From Trypanosoma brucei (lineage: Eukaryota): 64,000 nucleotides of DNA. This document shows, piece after piece, positions 23,545 to 35,063 of this stretch. Where the stretch lies: the NCBI GenBank assembly GCA_000002445.1, contig CH464491.1:3712001-3776000 (forward strand), read 5' to 3'. The notes below the pieces were generated by a model that searched no databases, was not told where the DNA came from, and saw nothing but the letters and a program-made list of their open reading frames with translations. The position numbers and the translations under genes were made by a program. Every line of letters starts with the position of its first letter. Positions within the stretch are counted from its first letter, which is position 1.

Positions 23545-24427
23545 ATGTGCTGTTGCAGGAGGTACGGGATGGAACGCTATGTTGGAGCGGGAGGGGGTCA
23601 TGCGCACGAACATATACACTTCGACTACTGTAAGGGCTGAAGGGAAATCAGGGGATCGTGTGGTTAGACCGTAGTCGTAGGGCACTTAAATGAATGATTA
23701 AGTAAACAAAAAAAAGAAGAGAATGAAGAAAGGACAAAAAAAACAACAAAAAAAACAAAAAGAGGTACGCGCTAGTCATTACACCCTTTGGCACACGTCT
23801 TTGTTCGCTTTTTACCGAGCTTTCAGGAATGGAGCGGGGAAGTGGATGCGGAGAGAAAGCTACTGAAGGTACACGGCGAGGAGAACAGGCAGAACATCAC
23901 GGTCGAACGGGTGGAGAAAGGTGAGGTGAAATAAAAATAAATGAAATATGATTAATATCTTTAAGTGGGATGCGCGAAATCAGACTGCAAGGGGAAGTAG
24001 AGGAATGCGTGGAAATGTGTAGACACCACCCCATTATTTGGATCGTGCACATCGACTCGCTCATTCTATATATTAACCCATTCATAGGAATGTGCAGGCG
24101 CTTTCCTTTACCCCCTTTTTTCTTTTCTTTTTTTAGCTTCTCTACTTGAAATAGCCGCTGTTGCCTCTGACGGTGATAGAACCCACCACAGGGCGTAGGG
24201 TGTTTGTGTGGAGGGTTCGGTGTTCCAATTAATGGTTTATTCGTGTTCTGAGAGCGTCTCTAAGTTTCTTTTCTTCTTTTCTATCTTTCTCCTCTTTTTC
24301 TTTATTTTACGCCATACCTTTCTGTCTCGTTGGTCACTCCGTACCAGCACTGTTACTTCAGTATAAACGTGGAGTGGTGGTTGTGGTAGAGGAGGTGAAG
24401 AACGGGGAGTAACTCCACGCCGTTTAT

Positions 24428-25513
24428 ATGTATCAAGGACGTAGTCAACAGCCGTTGTGGACCCCACCACCAAATTTTTCCCAGGTGGAAACCGGTATCT
24501 ATCGCAGTGCATACCCCACACTTGCGAGCGTCCCATTCCTCCACCATATTGGAATAAAAACGATTGTATTGCTTTCCATAGAGTTGTTACCAGTTCCTGT
24601 GGTAAGGGCAATCTCGGAGGGGGATGTGGTTGCAGGCACCACGTCCGTGTCGGATGACGTCCACGCATGGAAGGATAACGAGTGCATAAAGTGGCCCATA
24701 CGCATAGTTTCCACGGCTGATTTGTCAGAGTGGATGAATGAATACGTTTGTGCAAAAGACGATTTTGCTGTCTCAAGTGTTCAACGCGCTTTAGACTTTG
24801 CCTTGCAGCCAGACTTTCAACCTGTTCTTTTCACATGCCCGACGGGTGAGCTGCAGACCAGCGTTATTGTCGGATGTATGCGACGGCACCAGGGCTGGTC
24901 TCTAGCTGCCGTGCTTGCGGAGTGTGAGTTGTTTGTCAACGTTACGGGAGGCGTGCGCCAAAGTGTGATGAATTTTATAGAACAGTGGGACCCCGACGAA
25001 CATCCGGTTCGTGAAGAAGATATCGCGAAGAGAAAGCGTGAGTTGCTGTTGAGAGACCCTTCACTTTCTTATAGTGTCAAACGACACCGGAGGACGGTGA
25101 CCCACTCTGCGAGCGATCCTGATTCTGAATACGATGACCCTTTGGCTATGGGTACCTCACGACTTGGGCAAAAGGGTACCGCCGGAAACTCAGCGGGTAT
25201 GGGATTGTCACTATCGCCATATAAGAGTTCAGGATTCGATAGGTCTACATTGAGTTCGACGAGGGTAGGTGGTGACGAGTTGGGTTTGTCGCACTCGTCT
25301 CATGTCGTTATCAAACTCGCGTCCTGGTATACGGCTGCCATGAAGAGGCGTGCGGCTGCCGCTGAAGCAATCGTTGCGGCGAGGGCGAAGGTTCGTGCGC
25401 CCAGTGATCCCCTTCCAGAACCACACGAAAGGTATTTCGGTGTGCTGAATCCTCCGGCTTTGGATGAGCGCTCAACGTTTACAAAGAAGTCAATTGTCCA
25501 GGACCTTGACTAG
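24428..25513 (+). CDS. Tyrosine-phosphatase-fold protein of the PFA-DSP / Siw14-like (Y_phosphatase2) family with a degenerate catalytic loop; probable pseudophosphatase. Low-complexity S/G/A-rich C-terminal half
   Basis: ATG at 24428. NFSQVETGIYRSAYP...FLHHIGIKTIVLLS matches the Siw14 N-terminal signature (NFSxVxxxIYRSxxP...FL..L.LK.I..L). The P-loop position reads LFTCPTGELQTSVIVGCMRRHQGWSL, whereas Siw14 has [25 protein letters not shown]. Cys is kept, but the CX5R Arg and the basic residues are lost. Confidence 0.8.
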   Translation: MYQGRSQQPLWTPPPNFSQVETGIYRSAYPTLASVPFLHHIGIKTIVLLSIELLPVPVVRAISEGDVVAGTTSVSDDVHAWKDNECIKWPIRIVSTADLSEWMNEYVCAKDDFAVSSVQRALDFALQPDFQPVLFTCPTGELQTSVIVGCMRRHQGWSLAAVLAECELFVNVTGGVRQSVMNFIEQWDPDEHPVREEDIAKRKRELLLRDPSLSYSVKRHRRTVTHSASDPDSEYDDPLAMGTSRLGQKGTAGNSAGMGLSLSPYKSSGFDRSTLSSTRVGGDELGLSHSSHVVIKLASWYTAAMKRRAAAAEAIVAARAKVRAPSDPLPEPHERYFGVLNPPALDERSTFTKKSIVQDLD

Positions 25514-26055
25514 GGTATGCACTTTCGTGTATGCAAGTACCGTATGTGGCTACCGTGGCACCGAGAGTGCATTTATATGCACATGACTTTCAACTTTATT
25601 TGTGGTGTCGCCGTTGCAGTTTGTTACGCTGGTCACCTCACGACCCCTCCATAGTGCTGCTCCCATGCGTTTTTTTTTTGCGCGCGTGAAGTTGAGTAGC
25701 GAAGCACCTCATGCACACTGTCTATCTCTTCACTACGGCGTGTGTGTTGTTCAATTGTAGTGAGGATTGCATTTGTCAGGTTTCATTTATCTCGGCTATC
25801 TGCCGTTAGCCACATTTGAGGGTGCCTAACTCTATTGTAAGTGCTCACATATGCCTTTATCTTTTCACATCATCTGTTTTTCTTCCTTCTTGCCCTTGTC
25901 GTATAATCAATATACATCGCAAATGAAAAGGTTGATCGGGGTTTGATCCTTCTAACCTCGCCATTGCCTCCCACAAATTATCAGTGCTAACAATTCAACA
26001 AAGGATCAAGTCGGTGAAACTGTACTCCGTCAGTTAAGGTGGGTGGTGAAAGAAA

Positions 26056-28311
26056 ATGGTCTCTCTCCGGATCAGGAAAACACGACCCCCTCCTTTGGGG
26101 TTCTCTTTGGCTCTTCCTCCACCAAGTGTTGTAGGGGAGGTACGGGTCCAGCAGGGGAATGAGCTTTTTATTAACGTGGATGACACAAACATTTCACCCA
26201 TAATAACAATGGATGGTTCTCTTCCCACAGGGCAGTTCGTTCACGTGACTAATACAAATCTTTTTGTGCTTGTCGATGGTGCATCGTTGTTCACCGAGGC
26301 GAAAACGACACAGAGGGAAGAGCCACAATCTAATCATATTGGCGATTTGGTAGATAACAGTGCTTCCGCGGAGAAGGGAAGATCACCGCAGCGCTCTCCG
26401 TGCAGCAATTTGGGTGCGTCTGTAGACTCAGTTGAAGCAGCGATACGGGGCATTGAAGATGATAGCGGTGAGGTGCGCAGGGATTTATCGTCCTCCTTTA
26501 GTTTGTTGCCTAAAACTGAGGGCGATTCACCCGTACTGTCGCGGTGCTCTTCCCGCTGTCGGATGTCGTGCCAAGGCACGAAGGGGGTAAAATACCACGG
26601 CGGAGCGAGTCTGCCTCATCAGTACACGGCACTGTTTACAAAAGGGGCAGGTGCAGTGTCAGGGCTTGCTGCTGCCACAGCGGGCGCGAATAGGGTTGGT
26701 AATCGTGAAGTCAGGTGTAACGTTTTGCGTGGCAAGATACGTGGTTTCCTTCCTTGGTATGTTGTTGAACAGAACTGGACCACCTCACCAAAGTGTAGCA
26801 ATGCATCGACGAGTGGTACGCTAGGGGCGGCAACAGGTACATCGGCGGTGGCCTCACAATCCTCCGCTTCCTCTGTGCTTGTGGACACTGCCGTTGGCGA
26901 CAAAGTAGACAAGCATGCAAAGAGGAAAAACACCTTACTTGCCCGTGGGAGGGGGAATAACAGCAGATCAGCTTCGCTCTACGAAGTCGGACGCACTAAT
27001 CGATCATTGGATTTGAAAGAGGTAGAGGTTTTGGGGTTCGTAGGAAAGGGAACACAAGGAGCAGTGTACCGCGTTCTTCTGGACAACAAACTGTACGGCC
27101 TGAAGTGCATTGATGTAAGGGAGCTAACGGAGGCCAGCAGTTTGGTAGAGCACCAAAGCAGGAAGGGTGGACTCGTGAAAGAGCTCAATATGATTCGACT
27201 CCAAAGATCAAAAAGTCCACCACAATACCTGCTACGGTTGTTTGATGCCTCGGTTACAAGGGATCGTGAGAAGCTACACCTCCACATTCTCATGGAGCTA
27301 ATGAGTTTTAGCGTCGAGGACGCTCAGCGCATGGTTTCCCGTATCCCATCGGATGAAATGGTGAAGTTAACTGAGTCAGCCTTTCGAAAGCACATGGCTG
27401 GATCGCACTCCGTAAAGTTGAAACCCGATACATTCCTACAGAGGAACTCGGAATCCTGCGTGCATCTAACGGGAAGGAGGTCATACAAGACACCAGAGGA
27501 CTGGGAGATGAACATAGATCGACAAACGCCAGTACCGGAGATAATTCTGTCGATGCTTGCAGCTGATGTGCTTGGGGGCTTGAAAGAACTTCATGAAGAT
27601 TACGCTATTGTTCACTGTGACATCAAACCAGCAAATATATTAATTGACTACGATATGGAGCGCTTTCGACTTGCAGATTTTGGATGTGGTTGTCAGATGG
27701 ACCCACAGAGCCGGAAGACACGACCGGTGACTTTCGACTTGGGCTCAAAACTCTACAAGGCACCGGAGCGGCTGAGCAATGAGTTGTATAACGCAGGCGT
27801 TGAGGGTGGTTTATCGGAAGTAGAGTTCTCCTTCGATGCTGACGTATGGTCGTTGGGTGTAACGTTGCTTGAATTGAGAAATGGTGTTCATCCTTGCCAC
27901 CCTTTCAAGTCGGATTACTGGAACTACAGGAATAACCTTAAACTATCGCGTATGGTAAAGCCTGTTTCTTGGTCATATTCTTTCTACGACTTTATTGTTC
28001 GCTGCCTTATGAGGAAACCAGAACAGCGTTGGAGCGTCAGTAGGTTGCTGCAACACCCTTTTATTGTAAAATACAGCGAACTTCCCAGGGCCAAATTGAG
28101 GGTCTGGATGGAGAAGTTGAGAAGTGAGTCGGAGACCTTCCAGCGGCGACAGCAGCGTGAGTTGCTTGAGGAACATATTCTCTTGAGCACTGGCAGAAAA
28201 GGGCCGGACATGTACCGCCATCGGAGTCGCTCCAGCTGGGAGAGTTTCACGAAGTTCCTCAAAGTAGCTCCACATTATCAAGATGATGAAAAATTTCCCC
28301 ACTTGTGTTGA
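26056..28311 (+). CDS. Serine/threonine protein kinase (STE/MAP2K-like catalytic domain) with a ~310-aa N-terminal extension and a large insert between hinge and catalytic loop
   Basis: Kinase motifs: GKGTQGAVY (Gly loop), YGLKCI (beta3 Lys), HCDIKPANILID (catalytic loop), LADFGCG (DFG), KAPER (APE), DVWSLGVTLLEL. Confidence 0.85.
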   Translation: MVSLRIRKTRPPPLGFSLALPPPSVVGEVRVQQGNELFINVDDTNISPIITMDGSLPTGQFVHVTNTNLFVLVDGASLFTEAKTTQREEPQSNHIGDLVDNSASAEKGRSPQRSPCSNLGASVDSVEAAIRGIEDDSGEVRRDLSSSFSLLPKTEGDSPVLSRCSSRCRMSCQGTKGVKYHGGASLPHQYTALFTKGAGAVSGLAAATAGANRVGNREVRCNVLRGKIRGFLPWYVVEQNWTTSPKCSNASTSGTLGAATGTSAVASQSSASSVLVDTAVGDKVDKHAKRKNTLLARGRGNNSRSASLYEVGRTNRSLDLKEVEVLGFVGKGTQGAVYRVLLDNKLYGLKCIDVRELTEASSLVEHQSRKGGLVKELNMIRLQRSKSPPQYLLRLFDASVTRDREKLHLHILMELMSFSVEDAQRMVSRIPSDEMVKLTESAFRKHMAGSHSVKLKPDTFLQRNSESCVHLTGRRSYKTPEDWEMNIDRQTPVPEIILSMLAADVLGGLKELHEDYAIVHCDIKPANILIDYDMERFRLADFGCGCQMDPQSRKTRPVTFDLGSKLYKAPERLSNELYNAGVEGGLSEVEFSFDADVWSLGVTLLELRNGVHPCHPFKSDYWNYRNNLKLSRMVKPVSWSYSFYDFIVRCLMRKPEQRWSVSRLLQHPFIVKYSELPRAKLRVWMEKLRSESETFQRRQQRELLEEHILLSTGRKGPDMYRHRSRSSWESFTKFLKVAPHYQDDEKFPHLC

Positions 28312-29060
28312 CTGCGTTGATGTGTTGAATCTTGTTGTCTTTCTTCTTCGCTTTCTTTCCGTACCATCTTTCCTGTATCGTTCTAAGAAGAAGCGGCATG
28401 TCATATTAAAGTTCACGTGGGGGTGTGCATGCCCGGGACATCATTGAACACTATCGCGGAACAACATTTCTAGCCGTTCCGTTTTCGACCCGCAGGGTGT
28501 TGGCACGAATGGCCGTCTTTCTTTTACTTTTTGTCCGGTGGTTCTTTGAGATATCCTATTTGTTTCTACTCTTTTTACCGCGGGTGTGCTTGGGGTGTGA
28601 GTGTGTAGAGGGCTATGTGTACAGGCATCTGTTTAAAATTTCTGTTTTGAAGCTTTTCTGTATGTTTTTTTTGTTTCTACAACGTTACGTCATCATTCAA
28701 CCATTACACCATCCAACAGGGTTCCCCGCCGTGCTGGTTACTGGCTGCTGACAACTTTCTTTTTTTCGTTCTTATCTTTTTCGTGTAATAACAAATAATA
28801 AAGGGAATATATCCTTACTCCCTCCGTCCTCACAGCCGCTAAAGCAACCTTTTCTTTGTTTTTATATGAAATTCTCCCACTTCTTTTATTAGCTACTTTT
28901 TTCTTGTTGTACTGTGTGATATTTGTGATGCCACATTTATTGTGAAGCTCTTGTTGTGCATGGCTGTCTCCTCTTCAACTGCGTCCCTCTGCGCTGTCGG
29001 AAGAGACACAGAGAAGCAACAACAAAAAAAAAAGAAGGGGAGAGATCAAATTGCCTTTGA

Positions 29061-29681
<621 letters not shown>

Positions 29682-30749
29682 GAAAGGCACTTGGCACAGT
29701 GCTTTTTTTTCCCCCTTTCTTTCTCCCTTCCATTACATTGGAAAGGTAAGAGGTCTGTAGTAACGTCCCTGTCAGCTTTTTACAGAGCCACCGGCGGTCC
29801 CCATTCACAAAGTGCAGGCTTTATGGATGTGTGTGTGGACGGTCATTTAGTGTTGTTTCCGCTTTCGACCCTTTGTTGTTACTTTTTAAAATATTAAATG
29901 CTTAGCAGGTGGAGACGGCGCTAATTGTGAAGCCGCACCGATAGATTTTTTTTTTTTACTTTCTCACATCACTTGTGTCAGCACATGCCACTCGTTGATT
30001 TCTCTGAGCGGGAAGGTGAATTATGGGATATTCGGGGTTGGGGCACTTCGTTCATTAAAGCTGAATTCTGCATAGGTGAGAGTATACAACTGGTTGCATG
30101 TGCGAACCTCAATGACTTGTTGTGACTTGCTTGCGGTGAAAGCGCGAGAAGAAGTGGAAAACAAAAACAAAACGTTTTGTTGTGTTTGTGACTGGTGCTG
30201 TTCAAAAGCGTGGTGTGCGCGGTTGACTGGCACCTGGATGTTTCGTGCAGTCACAACCCCTGTGATCCGCTTTGAATGGTCGGTCGTGTGTTCACCCTTT
30301 GAGAAAAATGTTGGAACATAGTCTCCTTTTTTTTTTTACGTTAGTTTTTTGACCCTTAGAGTTTGCGACCTAGAATTCCCGATGACTGTGCCGCTGCTCC
30401 CGATACATTTAAGTAAGTAGATACATGCATGTTTATTTTTGTTTCTATTTGTTTATTTGTGACAAATCTGCATGGTAAACGCTTCCAATACCTTCAAAGT
30501 TTTTATGTTCGGTATTCCCCTTTTCTCCCCCGCCTTTCCTCTGGTGATTAATTGGAACGACACCGATCGTCATTTGGCAACTCCAAAATCAAGTTCTTTT
30601 TTTTCTTTTGTTTATTATACATATTGACATAAGTCTAATCTGGGAAGGAATACGCTAGTGCAAAAACAGCAGTGTCGGAAAGGAGTGTTTCGGTTCTGCG
30701 TGAGGAGTCTACTGGGGTTATTCTAGCTTAGAGAGAAGTGAAGGAAGAG

Positions 30750-31430
30750 ATGGTTCTTGTGCTTGTTGTTGGTGACCTCCATGTTCCGCAGCGTGCAGCC
30801 TCCATTCCGAAGGTATTCACTCAGATGTTTACACCTGGCCGCATACAGTTAGTACTAATAACCGGAAACGTAGGTTGTCGAGAGATGTATGACTACTTTC
30901 GCAGCATTGTACCGGATGTGTACTGCGCCAAGGGTGAGTTTGACTCGTGTTGGTGGCCTAACGTTAACAGTAAGCATGCTAGCGATACAGATAAGCTTTT
31001 GCAAGACACTCACGTGATAAATGTGGAATCACTGCGTATAGGCCTTATCCACGGCCACCAGGCGATACCGTGCGGTGACAGAGACATGCTTGCCATGCTG
31101 CAGCGCAAGTTAGATGTGGATGTATTAGTGTCTGGTGCAACGCACAACAACAAGGTATTTGAGTTTGGCGGGCACCTCTTTGTAAACCCTGGTTCAATCA
31201 CCGGTGCTTTTACAACAAGGAGGTTGGATGTTGTCCCAACGTTCGTGCTTTTGGATATTCAAGACAAGAAGGTAACATCATTTTCTTATGCCTACGCCCC
31301 CGGTGAGGGAGTGGGTGGAGAAGACTTTAAGATCAAACGGAAGACGTGGATCAAAGACGAGGAAGAGGAGGGAGAGGAGACACAAAAACCCCCTGCTTCC
31401 GCTGTTCCTCCTCCTCCACCTCCTGAATGA
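30750..31430 (+). CDS. VPS29: Retromer subunit Vps29 (calcineurin-like phosphoesterase fold) with a short acidic/proline C-terminal extension
   Basis: The ORF track start 30738 is GTG; the first ATG is 30750. MVLVLVVGDLHVPQR...LVLITGNVGC...YCAKGEFD closely matches the Vps29 N-terminus (MLVLVLGDLHIPHR...ILCTGNLC...VRGDFD). The C-terminus reads EEEEGEETQKPPASAVPPPPPPE. Confidence 0.9.
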   Translation: MVLVLVVGDLHVPQRAASIPKVFTQMFTPGRIQLVLITGNVGCREMYDYFRSIVPDVYCAKGEFDSCWWPNVNSKHASDTDKLLQDTHVINVESLRIGLIHGHQAIPCGDRDMLAMLQRKLDVDVLVSGATHNNKVFEFGGHLFVNPGSITGAFTTRRLDVVPTFVLLDIQDKKVTSFSYAYAPGEGVGGEDFKIKRKTWIKDEEEEGEETQKPPASAVPPPPPPE

Positions 31431-32145
31431 GTACGGTTGGGTAAGTGAGGGAAGGGGAGGGGGAAAAAAAAAGATGAGCATTGAATTCTCTACTCGCATT
31501 ACCATGTGAATCCGTGGGTAAGCGGAAACTTCGCACGTATCTTCGAGTAGGTGATATGTTCTACACTTCTGTAACGTGTTGTTCGACATCCTTTCCTTTT
31601 TTCCCTCCCCTCTTTCCCTTTTATTGCTGATTGTAAGAGACTACCTTGTGGCTCAGTGGTGGTTAAGTACCGTTATCAAGCGAGTTTGCTTGATTCATTA
31701 TGCTTCACAATTATGTGCCCTCCTGCAATTACAACTAAGAACCGCTGCGGTTGCGCGCCATTATTGCTTTAACTTTCTGTCGATTGGTCGCGACGACATC
31801 AGTGAAGTGACAGGATGTCAGAAGAGTGTACACTCACTGAGGTGTGCGCATGCGGCCCGAAACTGAAGCGCTAAGAGTCGATACGTGCCTCCGTCCATTG
31901 TGAAACACGATGGTTTCATGTCTATATTATCGTCATTTACACAATATCACACCCACCTTTTTTTTGTTTCTTTCCCATTTCCCGTCTTGTGGTGCGTATG
32001 AGAAGTTGAACCTTCGTCATCGGTGTGGTTCGAATAATAATAATTATTATTACACAGAGAAAGGCATTGTTACTAGACACTGAACTTAAATTTCGTTTGC
32101 GTGGTTGAGCACACACCTACACATCTTGTGTTGTTGTAACAACCG

Positions 32146-33954
32146 ATGACGGATGTGACGTACAGTTACTCACGACTCCGCAAGGAGTTTGGGCGGATGC
32201 CGGAGTTCCAGGCCAACGAAGGAGAAATTTTGGTGGACATCGCCCCCAACCGCAGTTTAAAAAACCACTATACCCAACTAGATCCCTGTGAGACGGTGAT
32301 CCAAAATGTACCATCGCTCTCCGAATCGGGAACAAATACAGAGCGCATTCAACTCAGACACCACGCGCAGTCGCACAGCGAAGGTGGATGGCCGCATGGT
32401 GTTGATCCCACTGAGTTTGAGGAAAAAATGAAATACTGCAGGAAGGTAGAGCGCGAGGAGAGTTATCTCTCTTCCTGCCGCCGCCTCATTCAGCAGTGCA
32501 CAGATAAGTACGTCAAGCAGAATAACGCCATAGACATTTATGGCACATACTTTCCTGAAGGTCCCCCAGTCGAAGATGAGTCTTTAGGGACAGCATCCGC
32601 AAAGATCACCTCTGTGTTCAAGGACCCCAGTGCGGAGAAGCGAACCGCGGCAGCGATTACGTGGCAGAACGATGGTCGGAGGTTTGCAGTGGCGTACTGC
32701 CGTTTGCGTTTCCAAAGCAATACCTCTACAATGAACACAAATTCTTTCGTCTGGGACGCACTGAATCCAAATGCACCGGTGGAAACTCTGGTTACTTCAT
32801 CACCGTTGTGTTGTATTGAGTACTACACAAAAGACCCCCATATCATTGCCGGCGGAAGCTGGAACGGAGTTGTGCAGTACTGGGACACACGGCAACCGAC
32901 GAGGCCTGCCTCCCGTTCCCTCATCGAGACAAGCCACAAGGACCCCGTGTGGGCCGTCAAATGGTTGCAAAGTAAGTCGGGTGAGTTGCTTTCAGTGTCC
33001 ACTGATGGTGACGTCCACGTATGGGACTGCCGTATTCCTGACAAGCCCGTAGAACTTCAGCGGCTCCCGGAAGACTCCGTGAGGTTGCAACCAAAGAACA
33101 ATGAAGGTGGCTCAAAAGGTGTTCTGGGAGGTCTGTGCTTGGACTATGACCCACAGGTGGGTGGTCCGTCGAAGTATATGATTGGAACCGAACAGGGAAC
33201 AATCCTTTCGTGTAACAGGAAGGGAAAAACACAAGCAGATAAACTGGGGCCGAACACATTCAACGGACATCATGGACCTGTGTATTCGGTGCAACGAAAT
33301 CCGTTCTTCTCCAAGTACTTCCTTTCGGTTGGTGATTGGACGGCGCGGATGTGGTTTGAGGACTTTAAATTTACGCCCTTGTTTAGTACCTTTTACCACA
33401 AATCTTACCTCACTAGCGGGGCATGGCATCCCGCACGACCGGGAGTTTTCTTCACAACGCGTATGGATGGTTACCTTGACCTATGGGACTTGATGTTGCG
33501 GCAAACAACGCCTGCGTTGAGCGTCCAGGTTTCTGATTACGCACTGCACACCGCTAAACCCACATCAGAGGGCAAACACATTGCTGTCGGTGGCATTGAC
33601 GGTAATGTAACACTGTTGGAGTTGTCGCCCTCCCTTTACACATGCATGAGTGACGAAAAGTTCCAAATTGGACAACTGTTGGAAAACCAGAGCATCCGTG
33701 ACAAGAACTTAGACCGTGCAGCCAAGGAAAAGAGGACCGCAGCCAGGCAACGTCAGCGTCGCAGCACAGTGCTAGGCGAAAGCCATAAGAGCTCTGATGA
33801 AGTCACAGAGCAGCTTGAAAAAGTTACCGAGGAGTACCAAACCACCGTAAAAAGTGAGAAGGAGCGCGATGACGAGCAACGCACGGAACTGGAGTGCGCC
33901 CGGATGAAATTACTGGAGGACATCAGTGGGGGAATAGATGTTGATTCGGATTGA
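32146..33954 (+). CDS. DNAI2: Axonemal outer-arm dynein intermediate chain 2 (IC69/DNAI2-type WD-repeat protein)
   Basis: The N-terminus MTDVTYSYSRLRKEFGR...EGGWPHGVDPTEFEE...KQNNAIDIYGTYF parallels DNAI2 MEIVYVYVKKRSEFGK...EGGWPKDVNPLELEQ...KQNNAIDIYEEYF. WD repeats follow, and the C-terminus is coiled-coil and acidic. Confidence 0.9.
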   Translation: MTDVTYSYSRLRKEFGRMPEFQANEGEILVDIAPNRSLKNHYTQLDPCETVIQNVPSLSESGTNTERIQLRHHAQSHSEGGWPHGVDPTEFEEKMKYCRKVEREESYLSSCRRLIQQCTDKYVKQNNAIDIYGTYFPEGPPVEDESLGTASAKITSVFKDPSAEKRTAAAITWQNDGRRFAVAYCRLRFQSNTSTMNTNSFVWDALNPNAPVETLVTSSPLCCIEYYTKDPHIIAGGSWNGVVQYWDTRQPTRPASRSLIETSHKDPVWAVKWLQSKSGELLSVSTDGDVHVWDCRIPDKPVELQRLPEDSVRLQPKNNEGGSKGVLGGLCLDYDPQVGGPSKYMIGTEQGTILSCNRKGKTQADKLGPNTFNGHHGPVYSVQRNPFFSKYFLSVGDWTARMWFEDFKFTPLFSTFYHKSYLTSGAWHPARPGVFFTTRMDGYLDLWDLMLRQTTPALSVQVSDYALHTAKPTSEGKHIAVGGIDGNVTLLELSPSLYTCMSDEKFQIGQLLENQSIRDKNLDRAAKEKRTAARQRQRRSTVLGESHKSSDEVTEQLEKVTEEYQTTVKSEKERDDEQRTELECARMKLLEDISGGIDVDSD

Positions 33955-34078
33955 GGGAGCACTCATTAATGTTGTATCCCACCCTCTAGGATATTTATGT
34001 AGATCACTGTTGGTGCCGTAGTTACGTTGTTATAACCGTTCAGTGGCGTCGTTGAAAAAAAAAAAATACTGACGTGTA

Positions 34079-34095
34079 TATGTGTGTGTGTGTGA
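34079..34095 (+). repeat. (GT)8 microsatellite in the 3' flank of DNAI2
   Basis: Direct reading: gtatatgtgtgtgtgtgtgtgagatg. Confidence 0.85.
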
Positions 34096-34814
34096 GATGC
34101 TGTGAAAAGGAAAGACATCTAGAAAAAAAAAGTGAGGCCGGAGGGAAGTGTGGTATAATTTCAATAGAAGGAGCAGGGAGAGAAGTTTTTTTTTCCCCTT
34201 TTCCCATCTTGTGTAGAAAATAAGAAACGGTTGGAATAAAATTGAACATCTCTTTCGTACCAAAAATTCCTTGCACACGATTTCCGTGTTGACGCCTCAG
34301 TCGCCATGTATAACTTGTGTTGCCGATACGTCGGTGAAGCTTAGCTGATTGCCCGCTACTGATGGGGGGAAGCGCCTCTTTTGGTGTTTTCAAGCCAACT
34401 TATTTTCCCACATGTGGTTCTGAACCTTTTGCCAATTTTTTCTTTTTTACACCTGCTCTTTTTTCTTTTTCTTGCTATTTCATTTTTTACCCAAGCGCAC
34501 GCAGACACACAAACGCACACACATACAAAAGGCACGTGGCTAATATATTTGTAAGTTGTGCTCTGGTTTGGTACATAAGGGCCTCTCCGTAGCCTCGTCA
34601 CTAGTTTGTGGACCACCGGCAGCGGCGAGCAAGGTGGGAGAAGGTGATAAATCCAGTAAAAAGGAAAAAAAAGGCAGAACAGCGTTGGCTTTGGCTTTTT
34701 AAAAAAAAAAATAAACAGATAAAAAAAGAAAGCATTCGCTGGTTTGAATCGGCAACAACTTGATTTTTTTTTCTTTATAAGGGGATCAGAGGGGAATACG
34801 TTTTGGAATCAACT

Positions 34815-35063
34815 ATGCCCGCCAAGAAGCGCATCGCTAACCTGAACCACTTCATGGAGAAGCGTGTAAAGGTAAAACTGACGAGTGGCCGATCCATCTC
34901 TGGTGAGCTACGTGGTGTCGATGAGTTTATGAGTATTGTTCTATACGATGCTGTCGATGAGACCCCAACATCGGGTACTGTCGAGAACGAAGATAAAACG
35001 TCTCTGGGAACTGCCGTTGTTCGAGGGGCTATGATTGTGGATATTGTCGGTCTTGAAGTGTAA
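34815..35063 (+). CDS. Sm-like protein (Sm/LSm fold; LSm7- or SmG-like)
   Basis: The ORF track start is TTG; the first ATG is 34815. The 82-aa protein [37 protein letters not shown]...[17 protein letters not shown] fits the Sm1/Sm2 motifs (GR..xG.L.GFD.fMNlVLdda.E ... iRG..I..I). Confidence 0.8.
   Translation: MPAKKRIANLNHFMEKRVKVKLTSGRSISGELRGVDEFMSIVLYDAVDETPTSGTVENEDKTSLGTAVVRGAMIVDIVGLEV

Noticed and set aside
24237-24776. 179-aa minus-strand ORF overlapping the start of the phosphatase-like gene; similarly 38791..39411 (-), 41029..41499 (-), 51106..51582 (-) and 1205..1522 (+, alternate frame)
   Set aside because: These are antisense or alternate-frame ORFs inside long, well-supported sense genes. 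Their Pro/Arg/Ser-rich products are typical of out-of-frame translation of GC-rich coding sequence.
32027-32035. GGTTCGAAT (tRNA T-loop-like motif) in the spacer upstream of DNAI2
   Set aside because: The flanking sequence cannot form T-stem, acceptor or anticodon arms; the downstream flank is (TAA)n. It is not a tRNA.
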